Shown piece by piece: positions 1-13,750 of a stretch of DNA of 64,000 nucleotides. Origin of the DNA: Chiloscyllium plagiosum (taxonomy: Eukaryota); contig NC_057719.1 of assembly GCF_004010195.1 (NCBI RefSeq), positions 93,948,659-94,012,658 of the forward strand, read 5' to 3'. How positions within the stretch are numbered: the stretch's first letter is position 1; the number at the start of each line of letters is the position of its first letter. The notes under the pieces were generated by a model. It had not been told where the DNA came from and did no database searches. It was given only the letters and a program-made list of their open reading frames with translations. Made by a program: the position numbers and the translations under genes.

Positions 1-465
1 ACCCTCAGTGCCATATCTCCGTATTTTCTGCAGTGGCCTACCATGGGGAACCTTATCAAACGCCTTTCTAAAATCCATATATACCACATCTACCGCTTTG
101 CCCTCATCAACCTCCTTCGTCACCTTTTCAAAGAATTCAGTAAGGTTTGTGAGGCACGACCTGCCCTTCACAAAACCATGCTGACTATCCTTGATCACAT
201 TATTCCTATCCAGGTGTGCATAAATCCTATCCCTTACAATTCTCTCTTTGCCCACAACAGAAGTGAGACTCACCGGCCTATAGTTACTAGGGTTATCCCT
301 ACTCCCCTTTTTGAACAAGGGAACCACATTTGCTATCCTCCAGTCTTCTGGCACTACTCCTGTAGACAAAGAGGACATAAAAATCAAGGCCAATGGCTCT
401 GCAATCTCCTCCCTTGCTTAAAGAGAATCCTAGGATAAATGCCATCAGGCCCAGGGGACTTATCT
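1..465 (-). mobile_element. CR1 LINE RT fragment
   Basis: Minus strand carries KIDKSPGPDGIYPRIL, VVPLFKKGSRDNPSNYRPVSLT and QHGFVKGRSCLTNLTEFFE..VDVVYMDF. Confidence 0.88.
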
Positions 466-3400
466 ATTTTCACCTTTTCCAGGATTTCCAACACCTCTTC
501 TCTACATACCTCAAAGCCATCCATCTATGCCTTGGTAAAATTCTGACTTTATGGTTCCAATTCTAATCTTAGCACTCTTTCCATTACAAACATGTTCATC
601 ACAACATTGTTCTTGTCTCTAAAGTGAATTCATGACAGGGCCAGTGTGTCAAAGAAGTAATGTCGATGGACATGTAATTCAGAGCCCCAGGTTGCTACAC
701 TAAATACACTGTTTCAAATACTACCTCAGATGATATCAGAACTTAAATTCAAATGACAGGAATTGGAAATAAAAACTAATTTCACTAATAACAGCACCAG
801 CATTTTGTCAATAAGTTTAGCTATTTCACTGGTGTTCTGTGGCAAGGAAATCTAGCATTGTTACCTGGACTGGCGTAATACTGATGTCAGACCCACAGCA
901 ATGTGCTTGTCTCTATACTACCTGAAAGAATGGCCTCACAGTAAATGGCATTTAGTGAGGTCAACAAGTGCTGTCCTTAGCAGCGGTGCTGGTATTCCAT
1001 GTAATAACAACATTAAACGTTAAATACAACAAAAAATAATGTAAGCGATCAGAAAAAAAACAATGAGAAAATGCCACAGAAACGGAGCAGATTTGGCACC
1101 CTTGGGTCGAGTGAAAAATATAATTGACATTTCGAGTCCACTGACCATACATCATAACTGAACACAGCTTGAAAATACTGTGATGGATGTTGTTGACAGG
1201 GATGTCTATTATGAAGGGGAGGAGTGCTTTCAATAGATAGGGAAAGAGAGATATATAAGAAAATAAGCAAACAAAGGAACTGAAGATGGTCAGTTGGAAT
1301 GGAAATAGAAAACGAGATTAATCTTATTTAGAGTCATAGATTCGTAGATATGTACAGCATAGAAACAGACTCTTCGGTCCAACCCGCCAAAGTCCATGTT
1401 TAAAGTGAATTATGTCCCTTTGTCTGTCTTCCCTGAGTGTGACCATCTTCTTTTATTCATTAATGTAATGCTGAGACAGTATGTAATTCCCTTTCCTCAT
1501 TGTCCTTGAGAAGATGTTGGTGAGCGGCCTTCCTGATCCACTGCAGTCCGTGAGCTGTAAGTAGTCAGTACTTACGTCTCTGTAGTTTCATTTCTTTGAG
1601 GCTTTGTAGTGAGCGATATAACTGAGCGGCTGGCTTTTCCATTTCAAAGCGCAGTTGAGAATCAAATGCATTGCTGGAATCACATGTAAGCCTGTCTAGC
1701 TGAAGGTGGTAAATTTCATTCCCTAGAGTATATTAGTGTGCCAGGTAGGATTTTCTGACAATCGACAATGGTTTCATAGCTTCATTTGATTTTACTGAAT
1801 TCAAATTCCACCACTTGCCGTGATGGGATTCGAATCCGGGGTGGAGATCAGCATCTGGGTCCTTGGATTAACAAACTTGAGATAATACTGTGAGGACATC
1901 GTCTTCACAGCATTTCCAACCATCTCCATTGTCAATAGTGTTGCTGTAGATGAGGCTATATTTGAAACACAGGAATGACTTTGCAAAACATACCATCCTT
2001 CTTAAGTTTGCATTTATTAGAAGTTTAGAGGATTGGAAGGGCCCTTGGTGAAAATGAGCTGTGTGTCTTTGGTCATGAGTAACGAACAGAATTCATAAAA
2101 GGCATCAAGTAATCAACACATTAAATTATGAACTGTCCTTCATTACAAAAATGATTCAAGCATAGGAGTGAAGACAACTTCCTGCAGTTTTAGAGTGTTG
2201 TTCAGAAGGTACTTGGGGCATAGTTTACAGATTATCTCTATAAGAAATGATCACCGTGCTACAGAGAGCCGGTGTAAAAGAGTTTCACCGGACAAATCCG
2301 TGTGGTGATGGTATCATGAGGAGACTGTGAAGGAAATAATCTGTATCACGACAAGAGAATAAAATGTGATTGCCTTTAAACTTGAGGGTTATGGACCAAT
2401 ACTCATTATTTTCATAACAAAATATTGATAGTGTTAAATAAAACATGTGTTTTACCACGATAAATATTTTCACATTTGGGCAAATATGTAGGAAGGAAAC
2501 GATTAGAAGGATATGGGAAAAGTGCAGGGAAATGGGGTTAGCATGGATGGACATTTTTGTCAACATGGAACAGTTTGGGCCTAACAGCTTTCTCCATTCT
2601 GGAGGACTCTATGACTCTATGATACTGTACTTCCCTGAGTGGAGGCTCTTGTTCGTTAAGAGAGAGCTTCAGATTCTGAAAGAACTCTCACCGCCTCAAT
2701 GTGCAGTTGGTGTGTTACCTGCACTGAACGTCCTGTCGTTCACAAATCTGTAAGCAGCCACACTCTGAAAGAGTTCGCCATTCCCAACGGCTTCTGACCT
2801 TGATACAGAATACTGGTTTGCCTTCTGGGAGATGGGAGATGCCTCCTTGAGACTTGGCACAAACCATCCGCGGTCCCTCCTCACAGTCAACAAACTATGG
2901 TACAGTTAATGTAACACGTGTCTTCCATTAACAACGGAGCTGGGTTAAACAACATGGAGCAGTCTGTATGTGCAGTCTATGCTTCAATGGTTTGTCATGT
3001 TGGAGCAGTCTGAAGGGGCTGAATGGCCTTTTCTCTTCATGTGATAGTGTTTCGGGGGGATGAATGACGTCCTCCGGGTCCCAGGGAAAAGGTTCACAGA
3101 CATTATTGGGCGACCCTCGGTTCCTGCTTATCAGCGTGATGTACTGACTAGATTCTTTATCTTCCTGTGCGATATTAGACAGGCAGGGGGCTGGAAGAAC
3201 ACAGCAAGCCAGGCAACATTGAGTTCTACAATTTGAAATAACCTCCCTTCCAATCCCCCACATCCGTTCGCAGTCCCTCACCTTCCCTTCCATTCCTCTG
3301 ATCAACCCTTCTTCCAGCTACCAAACGGAATCAGTCAACCCATCGTCGAATCCAGTGGTACCCCACTATTCAAATTCCTGCGAAACCAGTTTAAGATGCT

Positions 3401-4047
3401 GTATGAGCTTCTCTGTTTTTTTTAACTGTGGAAATATCCAGGGTCTAGTCGCACTGTTACATGAATGTTGCCGACACTTCAACAAACTGAACTTGAATGT
3501 TGTCCAGGTTTTGACACGTTAGCACCTGAGGAGGTGACACATTGTACTGAACATTGTGTAATCTTCACATAACATCCCCAGCTCCGATTGTATGACGGGG
3601 GGAAAGACATTGATGAAGCAGCTGAAGATACTTATGCCGATGAAGCTACACTGTCGAGGTATCCAGTGTAACAGAGATGTCCAGAGACTGAGAGGATTGC
3701 TGTCCACCAACCACATTGTGTTCTGAATGACCCATCTCGTGGGGAGTATACACCTGATTTCCATTAAGTTGTCTTGTTCAGTCTCCTTGACACCTTCTTC
3801 AGTCAAATCCTGCTGTGATGTCAGGGGTATAGTCACTCTGACGCTGTGTTCACATCGTTTGTTCATGTCAATAGGTCACGGTATATGTGTGGGGAGTGTT
3901 TCCTTCTCTCAGAGGGTAGTGACTGTTGGGGCCTTTCTGTCCGAGACACTACATCACTGAAACTTTTGGGGGCGCGGGGTGGTGTTAATGGATTTTGACA
4001 CTTCGGGGAGTTGAGGGCTGCAACGAATTGGGCATGAAAGAGATATG

Positions 4048-4187
4048 AGCTGAAAATGTGTTGCTGGAAAAGCGCAGCAGGTCAGGCAGCATCCAGAGAA
4101 CAGGAGAATCGACGTTTCGGGCATAAGCCCTTCTTCAGGAATGAGGAAAGTTTGACCAGCAGGCTAAGATAAAAGGTAGGGAGGAGG
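4048..4187 (-). mobile_element. Penelope-like terminal fragment
   Basis: Near-identical to the terminus at 9226-9365 of an RT-bearing Penelope-like element and to the insert at 27232-27329. Confidence 0.75.
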
Positions 4188-4729
4188 TTATCACTTTGTC
4201 CATGAAAGAGATATTGCGGCCGAGAACAGATCAGCCCTGACCTTACTGAAGGGAAGGGCAGTTTTGACAAGCTATTTAGCCTGGTCTTGTTCCAGTGTAC
4301 CCCATAGACCAGTTTCTATGTTGCTTCTTCTATTTCCTGTGTTGCTGACATCAAGTAGCTAAACAAACTGATACTGTTGCTGCATGATCTAAACTGGGTC
4401 CAGTTTGATCGACTTGAGGGGTTTATTGGCTTCTTTGTGTTATTGTATATCAGTGTCCAGGGGCTTAAAACATCATTCTGTTCTGGTGTAACTGAAATCT
4501 ATATATACTAAATCTACCGCCCTTCAAGAAAGTGAGCACTGCAGATGCTGGAGATCAGAATAGAAACGTGTGGTGCTTGAAAAGCACAGCAGGTCAGGGA
4601 GCATCCGAGAAGCAGGAGAATCGATGTTTTGGACATTCCTTATGATGGGATTATTCCAGAAATATCGACTGTCCTGCTCCTCTGATGCTGCCTGATCTGC
4701 TGTGCTTTTCCAGCCACACATGTTTTGAC

Positions 4730-7665
4730 GTCTATCGGCCCACCCTACTCAACTTTCCTGGTCACGTCGCCAAATAACTTAAACAAATTCATCAGGTGTG
4801 AACTTCCACTCACAAAGTCATGCTGACTATTCCTCATAAAACTCTATTTTCCAAATGAATGCATATCTTATCCCTGAGAATTTTCTCAAATAACGTACTG
4901 ATCACAGATGTTAAGCTTCCTGGTCTATAGTTTTCCAGGGATATGCTTTTCAGTCCTTCTTCAATAAGGGCACAACATATGTTATCCTCCAGTTTTCCAG
5001 GATCTCACCTGTGCTTAATGATGATCAACATGATCAGCCCGGGTCCCCGCAATTTTTTCTCTAGCCCCTTGCAGTGTTCTTGCATCTATCTGGAATATCT
5101 GGGATTTATCCAACTTCAAACATTCTAGTACGTTCAATACCTCCTCTACTGTGATATGGACTGCCCCTGAGATATCACCACTAACTTCCACAAATTCCCA
5201 AGTATTCGTGTCTTTCTCCACGGTAATCACAGAGGAGAAATATTTGTTGCGGACATCGCCCATCTCGTATGGTTCCACACATACATGCCCACTTCGGTCT
5301 TTGAGTGGTCCTATTCTCTCACTAGGTAATGTTTTTCCTTTAATATAATTAAAGTACCTCGCTGGATTCATCTTGATCTTTTCGGCCCGACTAATTTCCT
5401 TCTTCCGTAATCTCCTGTCTCCCCTGCACATCTCCAGTGATTCCCTTGACCCCACCTGTTTAGAACTGAGCCATGCCTCCACTTTTTTTCTGGTCAATGC
5501 TTCAATATCTCTTATCATCCAGGGTTCCCTGTTCCTGTCAACTTTCTTTTCACCCTCACAGGAATATATAGATCTTGAACTTTTGCTATCTCACTTTTAA
5601 AGGCTTCCCCCTTGCCGGAGGTCTCTTTGCCTGCAAACAAACTACTACATTCAACCCCTGCAAAGTCCTTTCTAATTCCATCAAAATTCGCCTTACTCTA
5701 AGTTAGAACTTGATTCTGTGACCAGTTTTTTCCTTCTCCATAGCTGTTTTAAAATTAGTAAAACGATGGTCACTGGTCCCAAAGTATGCATTCACGGTCA
5801 CCTCACTCATCTCTCCTGACCTATTTCTTAAGCGTGCGTCAAAATTTGCCGCTTCCTGATTAGGACCCTCTATATACTGCTTGAGGAAACTTTCCTGACG
5901 CACATAATGAATTCCGTCCCATCAAATCCCTCAACGCTCTGGCAGTCCCAGTCTGTGTTATAAAAATTAAAACCCCTATTACAACAACCCTATTGTTCCT
6001 GCAAGTATCTCCAATCTCTGTAAATATTTGTGTTCCTCTAATTCCTGTTGACTATTTGGGGACCAACAGTACAACCAAATAATGTCACCATCCCCTTCTT
6101 ATTTCTTAGTTCAACCCACAAGCCCTCCCTAGTTGATCCTTTAGTTGTTTTATCTCTGATCATTGCTATGATACACCCCTTAATCAGAAAAGCAACTCCC
6201 CTCCCCTCCTTCCACCATTCCTCTCCCTTATAATGCAAATTACACTAGTACATTAAGCTGTCAGTTCTATCCATCCCTCAACCATGTTTCCGTATTGGCG
6301 ATACTATCCCAGTCCGACGTATCGATCCATGCCCTGAGTTCATTGGTCTAATGTGTCAGCTCTTTGGAATTGAAATAAATGCAATTTAATCCAATAGGCA
6401 TTCCTTGCTCACTGTTGTGTTCTAGCCTGACCTGTCTCTTCAACGTACTATTTCTGATTACTGTATCTCCTTCCAGTCTTGCACTTGCCTCCCTGGTCTT
6501 GAGGATACCATGCTCCCCCCGTCCCCCCGCCGCCGCCATTCTAATTTAAACCCTCCCTTGTAGCACGAGCAAAACTGGCTATGGAGATATTTGTTCCCCC
6601 CCCTCCCCAGTGCATGTGTGACCCATCCCTCTTGAAAATGTCAACTTCGTCACAGAAAAGATCCCAATGATCTAAATTTCTAAATCCCTCCCCCCTGCAC
6701 GATTTTTTTAGACAAGTTTATATATGCTATATTCTCGTATACTTACCTTCACTATCTCATGACACTGGAAGTAATCAGGAGATTACCACTGTCGAGGTCT
6801 TGATTTTTAACTTTTCTCCTCGCCCTCAGTAATCACTCTGTAGGACCTCATTCCTATATCTACCTGTATTATTTGTGCCAAAGTGAACAATGACTTCTAG
6901 CACCTCACCCTCCACCTTGAGAATATTCTGCAGCCGCTCGGAAACATCCTGGACCCTGACACCTGAGAGATAACACCATTCTGGATTCCCATTTGAGGCC
7001 ACAGAATCTCCGATCTGTCCGTCTAATAATCGACTCTTCCATCCCAAAGACGCTGTTTATCTTTATTCTTACCGGCTGTGCCCCATGGCCAGTTGTGCTG
7101 CAAGTAACCTGGCAACTGATGTTTTCCCCTGAACAGTCATTTCCCAACACTGCCCCCCCCCCTCCAAAATCAGTATCCAGAATGGTATACTTGTTTTCAA
7201 AGGAAATGGCCGCAGAGTAATTCTGGACTCTCTGCCTACTCCCTTTGCCATTCCTGATGGTCGCCCATCAACTCACTGCCTGGAACACGACAGGGAGCAG
7301 GGAATACCTTTTTGGATTAAATTGTGTTTATTTAAATGCAACAGGGCTGACAGGTAAGGGTAACGAACGCAGGGAGTGGATCTTTACATGGGACTGCGAT
7401 ACGTCAGTCATTACAGTAACATGGCACAGGGAGGGACTTGGGTGCGACCACCTTACGAAAGCTCTTTTCTATTAAGTTCTCAGTGTCTCGGATGATCCTG
7501 AATGTGTCAACCTCCAGTTCCCAAACACGGACTCCGATGAGCTGCAGCTGTGTGCACGCCCCACATGTGTAGTCATCAGAGACAGTGGAAATCTCCGTGA
7601 GCTCAGAGATCCCACAAGGGGAATATGTGACTGCCCTAACTAATATCTCAACTGCAATAAGCCTA
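4730..7665 (-). mobile_element. CR1 LINE (decayed ORF1 zinc-finger/esterase region, APE endonuclease, start of RT)
   Basis: GDSV..VIVHFGTNN (SGNH esterase-like), GLNCIYFN, GRGVAFLIK, LWVELRNKKG, FGTSDH, IGPLKDRSG and YFSSVIT motifs, broken by many frameshifts. Confidence 0.88.
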
Positions 7666-9225
7666 GACTCATAGAGTCATAGAAATGTACAGCACGGAAA
7701 CAGATCCTGAGGTCCAACTCGTCCATGCCGACCAGATAGCCCAACGAATTAAAACGACTTCATTTGAGCTTACCAGTACATTTGGCTGAGCTGTTGCTTG
7801 CTGTCGCTTCTTGAGGCAAAGCATTACTACCTATTCTGCTACTAACAGAATGTCTATCGATCGACCACTGCACATTTAGGTTTGGTTATGGAAATGGGAG
7901 AAACACTATAGTGATGTTGTATTTTGGCCTTAAACACTCCTTACCGCCAGGCCCATGGCGATCTGTTCTTCAGTGCTTATCACAGCTTGGCCTTGGAGGG
8001 TGGCTGTCTGAGGACATCCTTCTGGTAGTGTTGACTGCGCGGATACAAATCTTCACCCCTCCAGCCAATCCGTGATGTCACAGTCCTCTGGTATTTTACG
8101 TCTAATAGTACTGCATTTATGAATTCCTTGAATCTATTGATTGCATTCCAAACTATTTCTCTCTCCGGAAAAAGAGAGATTGATGTTCCAGTGAATACAG
8201 GCGGTTGGAAAACGTTTACCATTAGACATGAGAATGACAGTATGCCCATCCGCTCGCTGAGTCTGCTTTATCTTTCAATTGGAGTATATCTATTCTGATA
8301 ACCTTCCATTCCATTTTCCGGCATTTTCCCCTCAATCTTTGTTTAAAAACATGTTCGTTTCAGCCTTGAAGATATTTAGTCGTCCAAACTCAATAGCCTT
8401 CACAATTTTCTGCAATTGTTTCCTACCACTGATGTGAAACATGGTAGTCTTTAATCCCATAGCTTTTTCTTGAGCACTCTGTGTGAAAGTTGAAACTATA
8501 TTAGATGTTGTCCTGTGGAATCACATCAACTCTGTGGCCAGAGACAAAAAAAAACAAAGTTGAAGAGCCCGTAATCTCCTCCCTCATCTTCCACACGGTC
8601 TAAGATATAGTTCATCCAAGTGTCGGGATTTGCCCACTTTTTATCCTGCATTAGCTTTCAATTTTTCTCAGCTTCTGTATCTATTTGCACAAGATTACAC
8701 TGTCAGGAACTGACAGTAAATCCAGGAGCTGCTTCTCCAAAGTTAAGACCAATATGTAGTCCGTGATTAACATATTCTCTGGCTCTGTGCACAGGCTGCC
8801 TTCTCGGTCCCTAATACTCCCTATTCTTTCTCTTGTTACGCTCTAACCCTTAATATACCGATAAAAAGTCTTTGGATTCTTTAAAGTATTGCACGCGAAT
8901 GTTTTTATCACCCCCCTTTTGCTCGTCTATTTACTAATTGAGTTTAGCCCTACACGTTCTCTATTCTTCTGGGTATTCCATTGATCTGCTCACTTTATTG
9001 CTCCTTTAAGCTTCTCTTTCATTTTTAATTCTGTTCTGAATATTTGTAGACAACCAAGGTTCTCTGGGCTTGTTTTCCTAAATTTAATCTTTGGCAAAAG
9101 GTGTCGCAGTGATACCCTCATCAATTCCATTTTGAGCATGTGATACCCACCACCACTTACATGCTGTTCTGCTACAGTTTCACCCAGAAGTATCAGTACT
9201 GTGGCCAGACACGATCTTTTTTTTA
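5705..9225 (+). repeat. Segmental duplication copy A (paralogous to 59440-63460)
   Basis: Colinear high similarity across the CR1 5' part, an inverted APE fragment, a SINE/LINE tail, non-repeat-like sequence and a second decayed LINE. Confidence 0.93.
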
Positions 9226-10722
9226 TCTGAAAATGTGTTGCTGGAAAAGGGCAGCTGGTCAGGCAGAATCCAAGGAACAGGAGAATCGACGTTTCGGGCA
9301 TAAGCCCTTCTTCAGGAATGAGGAAAGTGTGTCCAGCAGGCAAAGATAAAAGGTAGAGAGGAGGGACTTGGGGGAGGGGCGTTGGAAATGCGATAGGTGG
9401 AGGGTGGTCAAGGTGAGGGTGATAGGCCGGAGTGGGGTGGGGACACAGAGGTCAGAAAGAAGATTGCAGGTTCGGAAGGCGGTGCTGAGTTCGAGGGATT
9501 TGACTGAGACAAGGCGGGNNNNNNNNNNNNNNNNNNNNNNNNNNNNNNNNNNNNNNNNNNNNNNNNNNNNNNNNNNNNNNNNNNNNNNNNNNNNNNNNNN
9601 NNNNNNNNNNNNNNNNNNNNNNNNNNNNNNNNNNNNNNNNNNNNNNNNNNNNNNNNNNNNNNNNNNNNNNNNNNNNNNNNNNNNNNNNNNNNNNNNNNNN
9701 NNNNNNNNNNNNNNNNNNNNNNNNNNNNNNNNNNNNNNNNNNNNNNNNNNNNNNNNNNNNNNNNNNNNNNNNNNNNNNNNNNNNNNNNNNNNNNNNNNNN
9801 NNNNNNNNNNNNNNNNNNNNNNNNNNNNNNNNNNNNNNNNNNNNNNNNNNNNNNNNNNNNNNNNNNNNNNNNNNNNNNNNNNNNNNNNNNNNNNNNNNNN
9901 NNNNNNNNNNNNNNNNNNNNNNNNNNNNNNNNNNNNNNNNNNNNNNNNNNNNNNNNNNNNNNNNNNNNNNNNNNNNNNNNNNNNNNNNNNNNNNNNNNNN
10001 NNNNNNNNNNNNNNNNNNNNNNNNNNNNNNNNNNNNNNNNNNNNNNNNNNNNNNNNNNNNNNNNNNNNNNNNNNNNNNNNNNNNNNNNNNNNNNNNNNNN
10101 NNNNNNNNNNNNNNNNNNNNNNNNNNNNNNNNNNNNNNNNNNNNNNNNNNNNNNNNNNNNNNNNNNNNNNNNNNNNNNNNNNNNNNNNNNNNNNNNNNNN
10201 NNNNNNNNNNNNNNNNNNNNNNNNNNNNNNNNNNNNNNNNNNNNNNNNNNNNNNNNNNNNNNNNGTGGAAGGTGTTGGTAAAGTGGATGAACTGTTCAGC
10301 CTCCTCGTGGGAGCACGAGGCAGCACCGATACAGTCATCGATGTAGCAGAGGAAAAGGTGGCGGGTGGTGCCAGTGTAGCTGCGGAAGATGGACTGTTCC
10401 ACATAGCCTACGAAGAGGCAGGCATAGCTGGGGCCCATGCGGGTGCCCATGGCTACTCCTTTGGTTTGGAGGGACCTCCACCCACTTCCTTCAAACCAAA
10501 GGAGTAGCAATGGGCACTGCATGATACGCTGTATATGGAGTTTGGTGGGGTGGTAGGTGAGGACCAGTGGGGTTCTGTCCTGTTGGCGGTTAGAGGGGCG
10601 GGGCTCAAGGGCGGAGGAGCGGGAAGTGGAAGAGATGCGGTGGAGGGCATCGTCGACCACGTCTGGGGGGAAATTGCGGTCCTTGAAGAAGGAGGCCATC
10701 TGGGTTGTACGGTTTTGGAACT
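9226..10722 (-). mobile_element. Penelope-like retroelement (RT region, rearranged, spans gap)
   Basis: LQTKGVAMGTRMGPSYACLFVGYVEQ..CYIDDCIG is PLE-type RT. A thumb segment reads DRTPLVLTYHP. Terminal motif at 9226-9320. Confidence 0.88.
9519..10264. other. Assembly gap
   Basis: Run of N. Confidence 1.
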
Positions 10723-11199
10723 GAGATAGCAGTACTAGCCACCGTGCCACCGTGCCACTGCTGTTACCCAGCTGCCTTTCTATGAAACAAAACTGTAACT
10801 CTGGTACTGAATAATATTTGTTGAATTGTAATGTCTTTTTTAAATAACGTATTCATTAAATGAAACTTTCCAGAACTGAACAGTCAGCTACACATACAAT
10901 GAATTCCTGCTGACTAATTCCCTGCTCAGTGTGCAGAGGGGACAGCCCCCAGTAATGGAGAGAGTCAGGACTGCAGATCCTGGTGATTAGAGTCAAAAGG
11001 TTTGGTGTCTTTACAGCACAGCGCGTCAGACAGCATCCGAGGAGCAGGAGAGTGAAAGCTTTCGACATTAACCCTCCATCAGGAAGGCATTGGTGCCTTC
11101 ACATTTTTTTCCATTCCATGATTCATGGAATATTTGGAACCATACTTTCTCAGAAGGGAAGCATTCTATATAGCCCTGAAATGGCAAGCAGTCAATCAG

Positions 11200-12120
11200 T
11201 TGGTTGGACAAGGAATAGACAAAGTGAGGTGAAGTACATGTAAGGATAGATAAATCCCCTGGGCCAGACAGGAAACAAGCGAGGTTACTTCACGAAGTGA
11301 GGGAAGAGATTGTTGTGCCTTTGGCGATGATCTTTGCGTCCCCACTGTCCACTGAAGTACTGCCAGATGATTGGAGTGTGGCACGTGTTATTCCCTTGTA
11401 TCTGGAAAGGGGATAGGGATGCCTCTGGAATTACAGGCCAGTCAGTCTTGCATCTGTATTGGGCAATGTATTGGAGAGGATTCTGAGAGACGCAATTTAT
11501 AGTAACTTGGAAAATCATAGTTTGATTAGGAATAGTCAGCATGGCTTTGTGACGTGCATGTCAAGCCTCACACAACTTATTGAATTCTTTCAGGATGGGA
11601 CCAAACACATTGATGAAGCTAGAGCATTGGATTTGATGTACGTGGATTTAAGCAAGGTGAGTGATAAGTTATCCCAAGATCGGCTCATTCAGAAAGTAAG
11701 GAAGCATGGGATACAGGGAAACAAGGAACTCTGTCTGTGTGGATACAGAATTGTCTGGTCCATAGAAGACCGACGGTGGTAGTACATGAAAGGTTTTCAG
11801 CCTGGAGCTTGTTGACCAGTGGTGTTCTGCAGGAATCGGTTCTGGGACTTCTGCTCTTTGTGATTTTTATGAATGACTTGGTAGATAAAGTGAAAGGGTG
11901 CTTTAGTAACTTCTACGATGTTACAAAGGTTTTTTGGAGTTGTGGATAATGTGGAGGGCTGTTATAGGTTGTAATGGGACATTGACAGGATGCAGAACTG
12001 GGCTAATAAATGGCAGATGGAGTTCAACCTGAATAAATGTGAAATGATACATTTTGGAAGGTCTAATTTGAATGCAGAATACAGAGTTAAAGGTAGGAGT
12101 CTTGGCAGTGTGGAGGACTG
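11200..12120 (+). mobile_element. CR1 LINE RT fragment
   Basis: VLERILRDAIYSNLENHSLIRNSQHGFV..LIEFF..DLMYVDLSK, then SGVLQESVLGLLLFVIFMNDL and WQMEFN. Confidence 0.88.
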
Positions 12121-13279
12121 TAAGATGTGAATTATGATTATTCAACTGAACGATAAACTTTGAAAATAATTAGTTTGATTCTATATCCACGGAACTAAAA
12201 TATAAACACCTGTCAAGATTTTCTAACACAAAAATAAAGAACGCACATTTTATTTTATGTCGAGCAACCAACATGATGTCTAACTATTTTGGCGATCAGA
12301 ATTACATATTCGATGCCAGGATTCAAAACAATGCATTGTCACTCCAACATTTTGAAAGTGGTTGGCTTTTGAATGTTCAGAGTGAGCAAAAAGATTGAAA
12401 AATTCAATAGAATTAGCGTTCGTATACATTTATATATAATCAATCAGATTAATTTCTCACTGAAATGTACGAGTTTCAGCTATTTGCCAGCAATTTAGAA
12501 ATGGCTATAATTCAACATGCACAGTGAATATTAAACAAAATAAATGATTTGTGTTATCAAATTTGAGTGAACAATAATTTGAAAACTTTGAATTTTTAGA
12601 AAGAAAGATATTTAATATGAAATGTGACAGTGAAAAATAAATTACGAATATATTATCGTGTGTGATAAGTCAGACTTTTTCAAAGAGATTTGTGCAAAAT
12701 TAATATTTATTTTATTAATGGAATACAACATTTAAAATATTCATGTTCTGATCAATAATTAGACTTCATAATGAAGCCGACCTTGCAATACTTGCATTTT
12801 AAATGCTTATGCTGCACCAATTAATCGTATATGTGCGAGCATTTACAATGGGATATAATCGGATACTGACTGTTATTCACATCTGAAACATGATACAGTA
12901 CAACACTTTAAAGTACAGGAGGAGGCCAGTGGCTACTGTGTATGCATCAGCCCCAGCAATGTCTCCTAAGTGTCTCCTATTTGCCAGCCCGATCTCTGTT
13001 GCCCGTTAAATGAATAATTTCTAAATATATACCTAGTTCTTTTTTCATTTTGATCCACAAATCTCCCGGGCAATCCTTTCCAATTCCTAACAACTATCTC
13101 AATAAAGAGGTTTTTTCCTTATATCATTCCTGGATCTTTTGCTGACAATCTTGAAATTAGAACTCATTGATGCTGCAGTGTCAACTAATGGAAGCAGTGT
13201 ATTCCTATTTTATTCTGCAACTTGTTTTCATCCGTTTGAGCACTGCACTAAGTTCACATCTTTGTTCTGCTCCAGGAAG

Positions 13280-13750
13280 AATAAGCCTTGCAAGAATTGT
13301 AACAAATTCTACATCGGAAAAACACACAGAAAACTAGCAACCAGGATACGTGACCATCAATTAGCCCCAAAAAGTCATGACCACTGTCATTAGTATCATC
13401 ATATAGGGAGAAGAAAGTGCACCACTTTGACTGGATCTGCACATCCGTCCTAGGCCATTCCAAACAGAGACATGCCCAAGAATTCCGAGAAGCATGACAT
13501 TCCAACCGGAAATCCATCAACATACGCATTGATTTTGACTCCATCTACCACCCCTTGAGAAATAGAGCTGGAAATGTCATCATCAACACAGGAAATTACA
13601 TCACTAATTCAAAGAAGCCTAAACACTTAAATCACAAGTGGGACATAACACCAACACGTCACCGGCGTCTCATTGTTGACGTTCCCTAGTATGTGACAAA
13701 CCGTCTGAAAATAAACTCTACAGCTGAGCGAGCAAACTGACATCCAGAAT
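13280..13750 (+). mobile_element. Penelope-like GIY-YIG 3' fragment
   Basis: PCKNCNKFYIGKTHRKLATRIRDHQLA..HHFDW; related to 39427-39896. Confidence 0.8.

Noticed and set aside
3060-3240. RVPGKR..TRFFI reading reminiscent of a V-domain framework
   Set aside because: No conserved Trp/Cys spacing, YYC motif or RSS, and it merges into a Penelope-type terminal repeat.
9259-10507. Long ORFs spanning N runs (also 47639-48226)
   Set aside because: Artefacts of assembly gaps.
10935-10960. Minus-strand TACTGGGG (HYWG) resembling a JH segment
   Set aside because: No WGxG-T-V-T-V motif, no RSS and no splice donor.
12520-12545. CACAGTG heptamer followed by an A-rich tract
   Set aside because: The nonamer-like sequence sits at about 8 bp spacing, not 12 or 22/23, and there is no adjacent V, D or J.
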